The translations under genes and the position numbers were made by a program. Below, piece after piece: positions 44,685 to 54,406 of a stretch of 64,000 bases of DNA. Each line of letters begins with the position of its first letter. Positions within the stretch are counted from its first letter, which is position 1. This DNA is from an uncultured Candidatus Saccharibacteria bacterium. Its GTDB lineage: Bacteria > Patescibacteriota > Minisyncoccia > Phycocordibacterales > UBA6065. The notes beneath the pieces are model-generated. The model did no database searches and was not told the DNA's origin. It saw only the letters and a program-made list of their open reading frames with translations. The stretch is taken from contig CAZBVG010000002.1 of assembly GCA_964495425.1 (NCBI GenBank), forward strand, positions 78,570 to 142,569. Direction: 5' to 3'.

Positions 44685-46748
44685 TTATTTTTTTGACTTT
44701 CTTCCTGCTTTCGGCTTTTTTTCCACAGGCTCAATCCCCTCCAATTTGTCATAAAGGGCTTGAATTTCATCACGAAGAATTGCAGCAGTCTCAAAATCAA
44801 GTACCTTTACCGCCTCATTCATTTCCGATTCTTTCTTTTTAATGACAGCCTTTGGATTCTTTGCAAACTCAGTTTCATCAATCTTTAACTGCTCTGCCAC
44901 AGCCTTCTTATGCTCAGTTTGAAGCTGATCGGTAATGTCCTTGATCGCCTTAATGATAGTTTTGGGAGTAATGCCGTGCTTCTTATTAAATGCCTCCTGC
45001 AAAGCTCTACGACGCTGTGTTTCCTTTACCGCCCGATCAATTGAACCAGTCACAGTATCGGCATAAATAATCACTCTTCCTTCTACATTACGCGCTGCGC
45101 GACCAATAATTTGAATAAGTGAGGTCTCAGAACGCAAGAATCCTTCTTTATCTGCATCAAGAATGGCAATGAGAGCCACCTCAGGCAGATCAAGTCCTTC
45201 TCGCAAGAGATTTACACCTACAAGCACATCGAATTCTCCACGTCGAAACTTAGTCAAAATCTCGATTCGTTCAATCGTTTTAATATCACTATGCAGGTAT
45301 TCTGATTTGATGTTTTTTTCCTTGAGATAATCAACCAGATCCTCAGCCATTTTTTTAGTAAGGGTTGTGAGAATAACACGGAAGCCCTGCTTGATGGTCT
45401 TTTCTGCCTCAAGAATAGAATCAGCAATCTGACCCTTAAATTCTCCCTTCTCTACAACTGGTTTAATTTCAATAACCGGATCCAAAAGGCCCGTAGGGCG
45501 AATTACCTGCTCTACAACCTGAGAACTATGCTCTTTTTCGAATGCTCCAGGAGTTGCTGAAGTAAACACTGCCTGACCAATACGCTCTTTAAACTCATCA
45601 AATTGAAGAGGTCTATTGTCGCACGCAGACAGTAGACGAAAACCGTGCTCAACAAGTGTTTTCTTGCGAGATTGGTCGCCTGCAAACATACCTCCTAGTT
45701 GAGGAATGGTGACGTGAGACTCATCGATGATAGTCAGAAAATCTGGTTTGCCATCCTTGGTATGGGGAAAATATGAAAGTAATGAATCTGGCGGCTCACC
45801 TGGCAATTTTCCTGAGAAGTGCCGCGAGTAGTTTTCAATACCATTGCAATACCCAATCTCACGAATCATCGCGAGGTCATAGTTTGTTCGCCGCTTTAGA
45901 CGCTCTGCTTCAAGATTTTTACCCTCTTTTGCTAACTCTTGTAATCGTGATTCGAGTTCGGCCTTAATAGACTTGAATGCACGCTCAACCTGATCTTTAT
46001 CGGTAATAAAGTGCTTTGCAGGAAAAAGATAAAATACATCAAGTGACTTTTGTAGTGCTCGTGTTACCGGATCAATCTGGTCAATGTGATTTACTACGTC
46101 ATTTTCAAAGCTAATACGATAAATCACCTTTTCATTTACCGGCATAACTTCAATCATGTTACCAATTGCTCGAAAAAGTCCCGGTTCAAGGTCAGCATTG
46201 GTTCGTTCGAAATGAATACCGATCATTCGCCTGATCATTTCAGCGCGATCCGCCTTCATTCCTTTCGCCACTTTCATATTCACCTTTTCATAATTCTCAG
46301 GAGAACCGAGACCATAGATACAGGAAACCGAAGCAACGATAATGACATCATCTCGTGTTAGCAATGCCTGAGTTGATGCGTGACGAAGTCGTTCGATCTC
46401 TTCATTGATCATCGACTCTTTTTCAATATAGGTATCCGTGACAGGCATATACGCCTCGGGCTGATAATAATCGTAGTATGAAACAAAGTAATGGACCGCA
46501 TTATGAGGAAAAAATTCTCTGTATTCCTGAGCAAGTTGTGCTGCGAGTGTCTTGTTATGAGCAATCACAAGCGTTGGTTTGCCAATTTGAGCAATTACAT
46601 TTGCGGCGGTAAATGTTTTTCCCGAACCTGTCACACCCAAAAGCGTCTGGTATTTATTTTCAGCTTTAATTCCCTTCACTAGACCTTCTATCGCCTTTGG
46701 TTGGTCTCCTGCGGGCGCGTATTTGGTTTCTATCTTAAATTTACCCAT
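44685..46748 (-). CDS. uvrB: Excinuclease ABC subunit B
   Basis: Helicase motif I GVTGSGKTFT, DESH box, C-terminal UvrB/UvrC-interaction coiled coil. Confidence 0.95.
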   Translation of the reverse strand: MGKFKIETKYAPAGDQPKAIEGLVKGIKAENKYQTLLGVTGSGKTFTAANVIAQIGKPTLVIAHNKTLAAQLAQEYREFFPHNAVHYFVSYYDYYQPEAYMPVTDTYIEKESMINEEIERLRHASTQALLTRDDVIIVASVSCIYGLGSPENYEKVNMKVAKGMKADRAEMIRRMIGIHFERTNADLEPGLFRAIGNMIEVMPVNEKVIYRISFENDVVNHIDQIDPVTRALQKSLDVFYLFPAKHFITDKDQVERAFKSIKAELESRLQELAKEGKNLEAERLKRRTNYDLAMIREIGYCNGIENYSRHFSGKLPGEPPDSLLSYFPHTKDGKPDFLTIIDESHVTIPQLGGMFAGDQSRKKTLVEHGFRLLSACDNRPLQFDEFKERIGQAVFTSATPGAFEKEHSSQVVEQVIRPTGLLDPVIEIKPVVEKGEFKGQIADSILEAEKTIKQGFRVILTTLTKKMAEDLVDYLKEKNIKSEYLHSDIKTIERIEILTKFRRGEFDVLVGVNLLREGLDLPEVALIAILDADKEGFLRSETSLIQIIGRAARNVEGRVIIYADTVTGSIDRAVKETQRRRALQEAFNKKHGITPKTIIKAIKDITDQLQTEHKKAVAEQLKIDETEFAKNPKAVIKKKESEMNEAVKVLDFETAAILRDEIQALYDKLEGIEPVEKKPKAGRKSKK

Positions 46749-46792
46749 ACTTTATTAGACAATTGCTTCACTATATCGCGAGAGAGAGAAAT

Positions 46793-46818
46793 TAAAAAGC
46801 CCCGCGTTAATGCGGGGC
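46793..46818 (-). terminator. Rho-independent terminator (GCCCCGCG-TTAA-TGCGGGGC) after the hypothetical gene 46825..47145
   Basis: 8-bp GC stem flanked by A-runs on plus (T-runs on minus). Confidence 0.6.
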
Positions 46819-46824
46819 AAAAAA

Positions 46825-47145
46825 TTACGGACCAACCCAACCCAAAGTGAGTGGGGGTAAACTTCCTTCTTCCTGCAAACGCTTTTTTCTAGCCAGTTTT
46901 CCAAACGGAGTAAGGCTATGTTTTTGACGGTTCAGGCGAGCGCGAATCTCACGATTCGCGTCGAATACCTCCTTGGTAACAAATTCCTTCTGATACGTAT
47001 CCCAGTAATATATGACAGGCGCCGCGGCCCCAGATCGCAGCCACAGATTGCGACCGTGCGTGAACATTGACGAATCAATAGTATTCGTATCAATGACTTG
47101 CTCAGGGCGACCTTGCCGCATGACTTTACGAGTATAGAGCAACAT
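46825..47145 (-). CDS. Hypothetical protein (~106 aa), relatively GC-rich
   Basis: I chose the ATG at 47145 (AAGGA SD 5 nt upstream) over the TTG ORF-track start at 47205. A terminator immediately follows. Confidence 0.45.
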   Translation of the reverse strand: MLLYTRKVMRQGRPEQVIDTNTIDSSMFTHGRNLWLRSGAAAPVIYYWDTYQKEFVTKEVFDANREIRARLNRQKHSLTPFGKLARKKRLQEEGSLPPLTLGWVGP

Positions 47146-47212
47146 AACAATCCTTATCAGTATTTTGTTTGAGGTTGAACTAACGTTGATCCTAACAAAG
47201 AACAAAACAAAA

Positions 47213-47245
47213 CGAGCCCGAACTTTCGTTCAAGGGCTCGTTTTT
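47213..47245. terminator. Hairpin CGAGCCC-(14 nt)-GGGCTCG with a T-run downstream and an A-run upstream; bidirectional terminator-like element
   Basis: Read from the sequence. It sits between the hypothetical gene start and the long intergenic region. Confidence 0.4.
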
Positions 47246-47385
47246 GATTTCGTGATGAGAATTAATATCGCACAAAAACACAAACGGGACCTCGAACAGT
47301 GTTCCAAAGGACTCGCTTAATTAGGTAAGTAATGTGTGCGCACATAGTATTCATTGCTTCATAAATATATCAAAAGGAGTATGAA

Positions 47386-47526
47386 ATGCAAAAGAAAGAC
47401 CCGTGGAGCTATGCTTCCTACGGGTCGGATTATCTGAAGTTGAAACCGGGAGGTCTGCTGGGCATCTGTATGAAAACAGATGCCTATGCTACAGAAACAC
47501 TTGTCGAGTCTACGCTGTATCGCTAA
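47386..47526 (+). CDS. Candidate small protein (46 aa: MQKKDPWSYASYGSDYLKLKPGGLLGICMKTDAYATETLVESTLYR) with a strong Shine-Dalgarno
   Basis: Not in the ORF track (<60 aa). AAAAGGAG sits 6 nt upstream of the ATG. It lies within a 700-nt otherwise ORF-free region. Confidence 0.35.
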   Translation: MQKKDPWSYASYGSDYLKLKPGGLLGICMKTDAYATETLVESTLYR

Positions 47527-47800
47527 ATACAACGTGATAGATCGTGTGGGCGTGACATAAGTCCGTAGCCTAGTTAACGATTTCCTATCAAAAAACTCAT
47601 AAGTATTGCAGCTTACTCGTTCGCCTTAGCAGGGCGGACGTGGACCACGAATCGATTGATTGTGGCTCATGGCTACTTCTCCTCAGTTTAATTGAAGCGG
47701 TGGATTTCCCGCCTCGAATGTTCGAAGGAACATCTAAAAAAAGATTACCATTTTTCTTGCATCTAGGCAACAAATTTAGTGATGCGCTTTAGTGGAAAAC

Positions 47801-47832
47801 GTGGTGATAAGATGTGGATGAAAGTGGATAAC
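47801..47832 (+). promoter_or_regulatory. Cluster of DnaA-box-like motifs (GTGGTGATAAG, TGTGGATGA, AGTGGATAA) in the same orientation just downstream of tgt
   Basis: Two motifs are 8/9 matches to TGTGGATAA (complement of TTATCCACA). No strand switch of genes around it, so probably not oriC. Confidence 0.2.
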
Positions 47833-47850
47833 TTCCTTAGCTATACCACC

Positions 47851-49056
<1,206 letters not shown>

Positions 49057-49091
49057 CTACACAGACTACCATCAAAAGTACGACATTAATC

Positions 49092-49120
49092 TTGACAACT
49101 GTAAATATTAATGCAATATA
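49092..49120 (+). promoter_or_regulatory. Candidate sigma-70 promoter TTGACA-17-AATATA upstream of the plus-strand membrane-protein gene
   Basis: Consensus -35 hexamer. The -10 is weak. Confidence 0.3.
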
Positions 49121-49145
49121 GCATTATAACTGGTCCTTTCCCACA

Positions 49146-49553
49146 TTGAATTACATTCAAATACGCCTTTATAGGGCTCTAACCATAGCTGAAATCGTCC
49201 TCGTGGCGATTAGCTATTTCTCCAAAGACTGGAGATGTGTATCGCTCCTTTGCTTACTTACGTCATTTACGATATGCACCTGCATCGTGAATTTCAGCGG
49301 TAACGCAAAGACTGCTCCTGGATACCTGGAGGCTCTTGATGGAAGCCTTTGTGTTCAGTTTCTGGTTGCAGCATGTGGCGGATTCGGCATTGAATCCTTC
49401 ACTTTCTTTGCAGTCACAACGATGCTTGTACTTTTTGAATGGTACCTCATCGTTCAAATAAAGAACTTCATCATCGACAATAAAAAGCAGATCGCTCCTG
49501 TCGAAATCCCCGTGGCACTACCCCAGGTCGAGCCGACACAACAGGCCGCCTGA
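49146..49553 (+). CDS. Hypothetical membrane protein (135 aa; TTG start in ORF track)
   Basis: Three or four TM helices. Plus-strand terminator immediately downstream. Confidence 0.45.
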   Translation: MNYIQIRLYRALTIAEIVLVAISYFSKDWRCVSLLCLLTSFTICTCIVNFSGNAKTAPGYLEALDGSLCVQFLVAACGGFGIESFTFFAVTTMLVLFEWYLIVQIKNFIIDNKKQIAPVEIPVALPQVEPTQQAA

Positions 49554-49563
49554 GCGCACAACA

Positions 49564-49592
49564 ATCCCCGCACATTATGCGGGGATTTTTTA
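49564..49592 (+). terminator. Rho-independent terminator (ATCCCCGC-ACATTAT-GCGGGGAT + T-run)
   Basis: 8-bp stem followed by TTTTTTATT. Confidence 0.6.
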
Positions 49593-50306
49593 TTCGTTCC
49601 GTAGTTTTGACTTTCTAATAATTTCAATTATTTCATCATCATTGTCCGTGACATGAAAAATTTTTTCATCCTCAGGAGAAATAACTTTGAGCTCGTTTTT
49701 TAAATAGTGTGAAAGGCCGAGAATGTGATCCCAAAATTCTTTACCCACACAGATAACTGGTACCTTTGGAATTTTATTAGTTTGAATAAGAGTGATGATT
49801 TCAAAAAATTCATCCATTGTGCCAAAGCCACCCGGAAAAAAGATATACACTTCAGCAGAGAATGAAAGGGCTACCTTACGAATAAAGAAATAGTAGAAAC
49901 GTACATGACCAGTAAGGTACTGATTCATTTTTTGCTCGTGAGGCAAAATAATATTCATACCAATTGACGTGCCACCCGCTTCATACGCTCCCCTATTTGC
50001 AGCCTCCATGATTCCCCCACCTCCACCAGACACAACAGCGTAACCTGTTTCTCGTACAATTTTACCTGCCAAATTCCGCGCACGGATATAATACGGATGA
50101 TCTTCCGTGAATCGAGCTGAACCAAAAAATGTTACAGAGTGCGGATAACTTCGAAGGAACTTAAACGTGTGCCTAAATTCATTATTTATTGTTGACAGTC
50201 GCTTTCTGGCGCCGCTTCGAAGCGCTTTATAATCAACTTCATGTCGAGTAAGTCGCGGCTCCTTCTCCTCCTCCTTAACGTATTTTTTCCAGAGTTTTCC
50301 TAGCAT
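49590..50306 (-). CDS. LOG family protein (cytokinin riboside 5'-monophosphate phosphoribohydrolase-like / YvdD-type Rossmann protein)
   Basis: GGGGGIMEAANRGA and PGGFGTMDEFFE motifs diagnostic of the LOG/TIGR00730 family. Confidence 0.85.
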   Translation of the reverse strand: MLGKLWKKYVKEEEKEPRLTRHEVDYKALRSGARKRLSTINNEFRHTFKFLRSYPHSVTFFGSARFTEDHPYYIRARNLAGKIVRETGYAVVSGGGGGIMEAANRGAYEAGGTSIGMNIILPHEQKMNQYLTGHVRFYYFFIRKVALSFSAEVYIFFPGGFGTMDEFFEIITLIQTNKIPKVPVICVGKEFWDHILGLSHYLKNELKVISPEDEKIFHVTDNDDEIIEIIRKSKLRNE

Positions 50307-50391
50307 CCGAGTTGTGATCGTTGTTAATAGGTCGTTGCAAGACTTGTATATAAGTATAGTACAATATACGAGTATTAGCTAAAGACACATC

Positions 50392-50910
50392 ATGAATACA
50401 TCTCGTAGAAATCAGTGGATCGCAGTATCTGTAGGTATTATAGTTGTCGCTATTCTCTTTTTTGGAGACAATATATGGGATCTAATTACCGGGAGCAACG
50501 CTTCAGCCGGTATGCAGTCGCAGGAAGTAACTTTGGGTGCACAAAATCCAATAGAAGTAACCGAAAAGGCAGCAAATATCTCTGAGGTTTCAGGTATCGA
50601 GATCTACGATCTTAAAATCGGTACTGGTGCAGAGGCTGCTCCGGGTACAACTGTAAAGGCTCATTACATTGGCACTCTCGCTGATGGCTCACAATTTGAC
50701 TCATCTCTCGAAAGAGGTGAACCGTATGAATTCAAACTCGGTAATGGATCTGTGATTAAGGGTCTTGATTTAGGTGTAGTTGGCATGAAGGTTGGTGGCA
50801 TACGTCAGCTTGTCATATCACCAGAGCTCGGCTTTGGTCCCCAGGCAATTGGATCTATTCCAGCCAATGCAACCCTCACATTTCAGGTTGAGCTCCTTGA
50901 GGTTAAATAG
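50392..50910 (+). CDS. FKBP-type peptidyl-prolyl cis-trans isomerase, membrane-anchored
   Basis: N-terminal TM anchor. FKBP domain (…VKAHYIGTLADGSQFDSS…GEPYEFKLGNGSVIKGLDLGVVGMKVGGIRQLVISPELGFG…). Confidence 0.85.
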   Translation: MNTSRRNQWIAVSVGIIVVAILFFGDNIWDLITGSNASAGMQSQEVTLGAQNPIEVTEKAANISEVSGIEIYDLKIGTGAEAAPGTTVKAHYIGTLADGSQFDSSLERGEPYEFKLGNGSVIKGLDLGVVGMKVGGIRQLVISPELGFGPQAIGSIPANATLTFQVELLEVK

Positions 50911-50973
50911 CCTTTGCAAAAATTCCAAATATAGGTAACGTTAGAGCTAGGAAACCCCTAGCTCTACCTCTAT

Positions 50974-51381
50974 ATGAATGCATGGTCTTGGCTTGATGTG
51001 TTCGGTTGCTTTGCAACTGTTGTAGTGATCCTCGGCTTTTCAGCCGCTAAGTGGGAAGGTAACGATAGTCTACTTGACGCACTCGCAATAGCGCTGTCTG
51101 TGATAGCCATTTTCGTTACCGGCATCCCACACACGTTTGCCTGGATTGCTTGTTTGTTGCTGTTATCAACAAACTTCATTCCCAGTCAGTTTACTCAACA
51201 GGTACAGAATGATTACGTACGTGTAACTCAGAGTATCGGGATACTGATTACCGCAGTGTCTGGAGCCGTGTTCATTTTCAACAGAAATAACGTCACCAGC
51301 ATTATATTCTGTCTTAGTATTGTGACGGCATTCTGCTATATACTTTACGGATTGGACTCATCAAAAAACCGCGCTCTCTGA
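50974..51381 (+). CDS. Hypothetical membrane protein (135 aa, four TM helices)
   Basis: Plus-strand ORF followed by a bidirectional terminator. Confidence 0.45.
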   Translation: MNAWSWLDVFGCFATVVVILGFSAAKWEGNDSLLDALAIALSVIAIFVTGIPHTFAWIACLLLLSTNFIPSQFTQQVQNDYVRVTQSIGILITAVSGAVFIFNRNNVTSIIFCLSIVTAFCYILYGLDSSKNRAL

Positions 51382-51395
51382 GCACGGTTTTTTTC
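51363..51395. terminator. Bidirectional rho-independent terminator (AACCGCGCTC-TCT-GAGCaCGGTT) between the plus membrane-protein gene and rpoD
   Basis: Stem-loop with A6 upstream and T7 downstream. Confidence 0.5.
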
Positions 51396-51396
51396 T

Positions 51397-52596
51397 TTAG
51401 TAATTTTTCAATTGATTGATTCTTTCGTGTTGGCGAATCTTTTCGTGAGCTTTTGCCTCAATCTGTCGAATACGCTCTCGAGTGACACCGAACTCCTTAC
51501 CCACCTCCTCAAGAGTGTGAGTAATACCGTCGTTGAGACCATGCCGCATTTCCAAAATCTTGCGCTCCTTTGGAGAAAGATCCCCGAGAATATTCCGGAC
51601 CTGATCCGCAAGAATACGTCGAGATGACTCCTGATCCGGAGAAAGAATCTTGTCATCAGATAGAAAATCTCCGAGAGTTGATTTATCTTCACCTTCATCT
51701 CCGACCGGACTCTCGAGCGAAACTGTGTCCTGATCAATTTTTTCAATCTGATACACCTTCTCCACTTCAAGTCCCATTTCTGTCGCAATCTCATCAGGTA
51801 GTGGATCACGTCCAAGATCCTGAGAGAGTCGGCGAACTACCTGCTTGTACTTAGCAATAGTTTCAACCATGTGAACCGGTACTCGAATGGTTCTCGACTG
51901 GTCAGCAAGAGCACGGGTGATCGCCTGACGAATCCACCAGGTAGCATATGTAGAAAACTTATAACCCTTGGTCCAGTCAAACTTATCGACTGCCTTAAAG
52001 AGACCCAAGTTTCCTTCCTGAATAAGATCAAGAAGAGTAAGATCCGCTGATCGACCCACGTATTTCTTTGCAATCGAAACAACAAGTCGCAGGTTTGCTT
52101 TTGCAAGAAGACCTTTTGCCTCTTCATCGCCTGCCTCAATTCGCTTCGCGAGTTCCTTTTCCATCGCTGCAGAAACAAGTGGATACTGACCTATTTCCTT
52201 CAAATACATTTGGATTGAATCGTATGAAGATTCACTTGATGCACGTCCAAAACTATACTTTTTACCACTTTCTTTTACCGGAGGTTCAAGATCAAGCATT
52301 CCACCTGACTCAAGCACATCTACGCCCGCTCCAGAGAGCTTTGCATAGAGTTCATCGAGAAACATAATATCGTCCTCAACATTCGGAAACTCTTTCAAAA
52401 TTTCATCATAGGTAACGAAACCACGTTCCTTGCCCTTTGAAACAAGCTTGTCCGCCTTTTTATTCGCTTCACGCGCTTTTTCCTTTGCTTTACCTGATAT
52501 AGGTTTAGCTTTTGCCTTTACAGGCTTTTTTGAAGGCTTAAGAGCCTTTTTCTTTGCTACTTTCGTTTTTGATTTTTTCTGCTGCTTTTTGGCCAT
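51397..52596 (-). CDS. rpoD: RNA polymerase sigma factor (primary sigma-70 family)
   Basis: Region 2 (…[13 protein letters not shown]…), region 3 and region 4 (…[23 protein letters not shown]…). Lys-rich N-terminus. Confidence 0.95.
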   Translation of the reverse strand: MAKKQQKKSKTKVAKKKALKPSKKPVKAKAKPISGKAKEKAREANKKADKLVSKGKERGFVTYDEILKEFPNVEDDIMFLDELYAKLSGAGVDVLESGGMLDLEPPVKESGKKYSFGRASSESSYDSIQMYLKEIGQYPLVSAAMEKELAKRIEAGDEEAKGLLAKANLRLVVSIAKKYVGRSADLTLLDLIQEGNLGLFKAVDKFDWTKGYKFSTYATWWIRQAITRALADQSRTIRVPVHMVETIAKYKQVVRRLSQDLGRDPLPDEIATEMGLEVEKVYQIEKIDQDTVSLESPVGDEGEDKSTLGDFLSDDKILSPDQESSRRILADQVRNILGDLSPKERKILEMRHGLNDGITHTLEEVGKEFGVTRERIRQIEAKAHEKIRQHERINQLKNY

Positions 52597-52644
52597 GTCT
52601 TTTTGATTATAGCAATATTTTACTTTCCTCGCGATTGATACTAA

Positions 52645-54366
52645 TTAGGTGGTTGTAAGCCGTTTAATTTCCTGAATTCTCTTCGAAATTACATCTATCC
52701 TTCTCATTAATTCGTCAGTTGCATGTGATGCCTTTTCTGCTCGATGAAGTTCGGCTAGTGCGTGCTCAAGCCTCTTTTTTGCATACTCTTCCTCAAGATG
52801 GAGCATAAGGATTTTAAATTCTTTTTCAATCTTCTCATCTCCGTATGTAATCTCTGCTTCGAGGGTGAGCTCTGCTAGGTCATCCTTTGATAAGGATGCG
52901 AAGGCTTTTGCCTTTTCCTCTCCACTAATCTTTTCCAGTTCTTTAATGTACTTTTCGTCTCCGCTAAAATACTTCTTTGAATGAATAATTCCGATTATTT
53001 TACGTTCAATTGATTCTAGCCTTTCTATCTTTCTATGCCCGGGTGAGCCTGAGATCGTCTTCGATTCTGTCCCGGAAGGATGTGCTTTTACGTATGCCTG
53101 CAAATCCTTCCACAACGCGTCTTCACTAATTGATAATCGTTCTGCGATGCGTTTGATTGCATGGAATCGGGGTGTATCAAGTGGTATTGCTCTCACATAC
53201 GGAAATATTTCATCTTTTACTTGTTTTGCAATAACGGCTGGTGTCGCTTTAGAGTCTACAAGCGTTGTAGCAAGGTAATCGATGAAATCTTTTTTCGTCT
53301 CGAGAGCTTTAGCCCAATCCTTTTCGTTAGCTTTAATGATATCCGCAGGATCCTTTCCACCTTTAATATCAATGATTTTGACATTCATACCGAGTGAAAT
53401 TGCCGGCACGATTCGCTTCACGGCTTTTTGACCTGCTGAATCTGAGTCAAATGCCACAACAATGTTGTCAGAAAGTCTTGTGAGCAGACCAAATGCTGAA
53501 TCAATACCATCATCATCCGTAAATGCTGTACCTGACGCCGCTACGGTGTTTGTAAAACCAGCTTGATGCGACATAACAAGATCCATCTGTCCTTCTACGA
53601 GAATTGAGTAGTCCCGCTTACGAACATCTGTCTTGGCTTTATCGAGACCATACAGAATTTTTGATTTGGTATAGAGTACTGTTTCTGGACTATTTAGATA
53701 TTTTGGAGACTTACCATCATCGATGATAATTCGTCCAGAAAAGGCTACAACGCGCCCAGATGAGTCAGAGATAGGAAACATGATTCTACCCCTGAACACA
53801 TCATAATACGGGTCTCCGCCGGGCTTTTCTGTCTTTTTAATGAGCCCAACAGCTTCTACATCCGCATCTTTATACCCTTTCCCCTTTAAATACGCTCGAA
53901 GTGTCCGCCATTCATTCAATGCATATCCAATGCGAAATGAGTCTATGGTTTTTTGGGTAAGACCTCTCCCTAGAATATATGCATGAGCAGACTTGTCCTT
54001 TTTGAGATTTTCTTCAAAAAAGTCTGTTGCATCTTCAAGAATTTTATAGAGAAGTTCCTTACGATTGTCTTTTGGATCACTCAGAGTATCGAGTCGAACA
54101 CCCGCCCGATCTGCCAGTACCTTAAGTGCACCCATGAAATCTATGCCCTCAAATTTCTCAACGAACGTAAAGATATCACCCTTGGCACTGCAACCAAAAC
54201 AATAGAACGATCCGCGCTCTGGAGAAACATAAAACGACGGCGTCTTTTCATTGTGAAATGGACATCGTGCTTTATAGTTTGTGCCCGACTTATCGAGCTT
54301 TATGTAAGAACCCACAACATCTACGATGCCGAGGCGTTCCTTTATATCTTGGACGTGCGTACTCAT
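52645..54366 (-). CDS. dnaG: DNA primase
   Basis: Zinc-binding domain CPFHNEKTPSFYVSPERGSFYCFGC, TOPRIM domain (EGQMD…DSD). Confidence 0.92.
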   Translation of the reverse strand: MSTHVQDIKERLGIVDVVGSYIKLDKSGTNYKARCPFHNEKTPSFYVSPERGSFYCFGCSAKGDIFTFVEKFEGIDFMGALKVLADRAGVRLDTLSDPKDNRKELLYKILEDATDFFEENLKKDKSAHAYILGRGLTQKTIDSFRIGYALNEWRTLRAYLKGKGYKDADVEAVGLIKKTEKPGGDPYYDVFRGRIMFPISDSSGRVVAFSGRIIIDDGKSPKYLNSPETVLYTKSKILYGLDKAKTDVRKRDYSILVEGQMDLVMSHQAGFTNTVAASGTAFTDDDGIDSAFGLLTRLSDNIVVAFDSDSAGQKAVKRIVPAISLGMNVKIIDIKGGKDPADIIKANEKDWAKALETKKDFIDYLATTLVDSKATPAVIAKQVKDEIFPYVRAIPLDTPRFHAIKRIAERLSISEDALWKDLQAYVKAHPSGTESKTISGSPGHRKIERLESIERKIIGIIHSKKYFSGDEKYIKELEKISGEEKAKAFASLSKDDLAELTLEAEITYGDEKIEKEFKILMLHLEEEYAKKRLEHALAELHRAEKASHATDELMRRIDVISKRIQEIKRLTTT

Positions 54367-54406
54367 GGTTACGATACCTAACCAACACAGACCTTCCCGC
54401 CCGCAA

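Noticed and set aside
46932-47205. 72-aa alternative-frame ORF and the TTG-initiated N-terminal extension of the 46825 gene
   Set aside because: The downstream ATG at 47145 has an AAGGA SD. The alternative frame is a shadow ORF.
47296-47308. CGAACAGTGTTCC as a third SOS box
   Set aside because: The spacer is only 3 nt and the centre is asymmetric. It is not adjacent to a gene start, so it is mentioned only within the intergenic finding.
47801-47832. Chromosomal replication origin (oriC) at the DnaA-box-like cluster
   Set aside because: Genes on both sides remain minus-oriented with no strand switch, and there is no adjacent dnaA/dnaN or AT-rich unwinding element. So it is kept only as a low-confidence regulatory motif.
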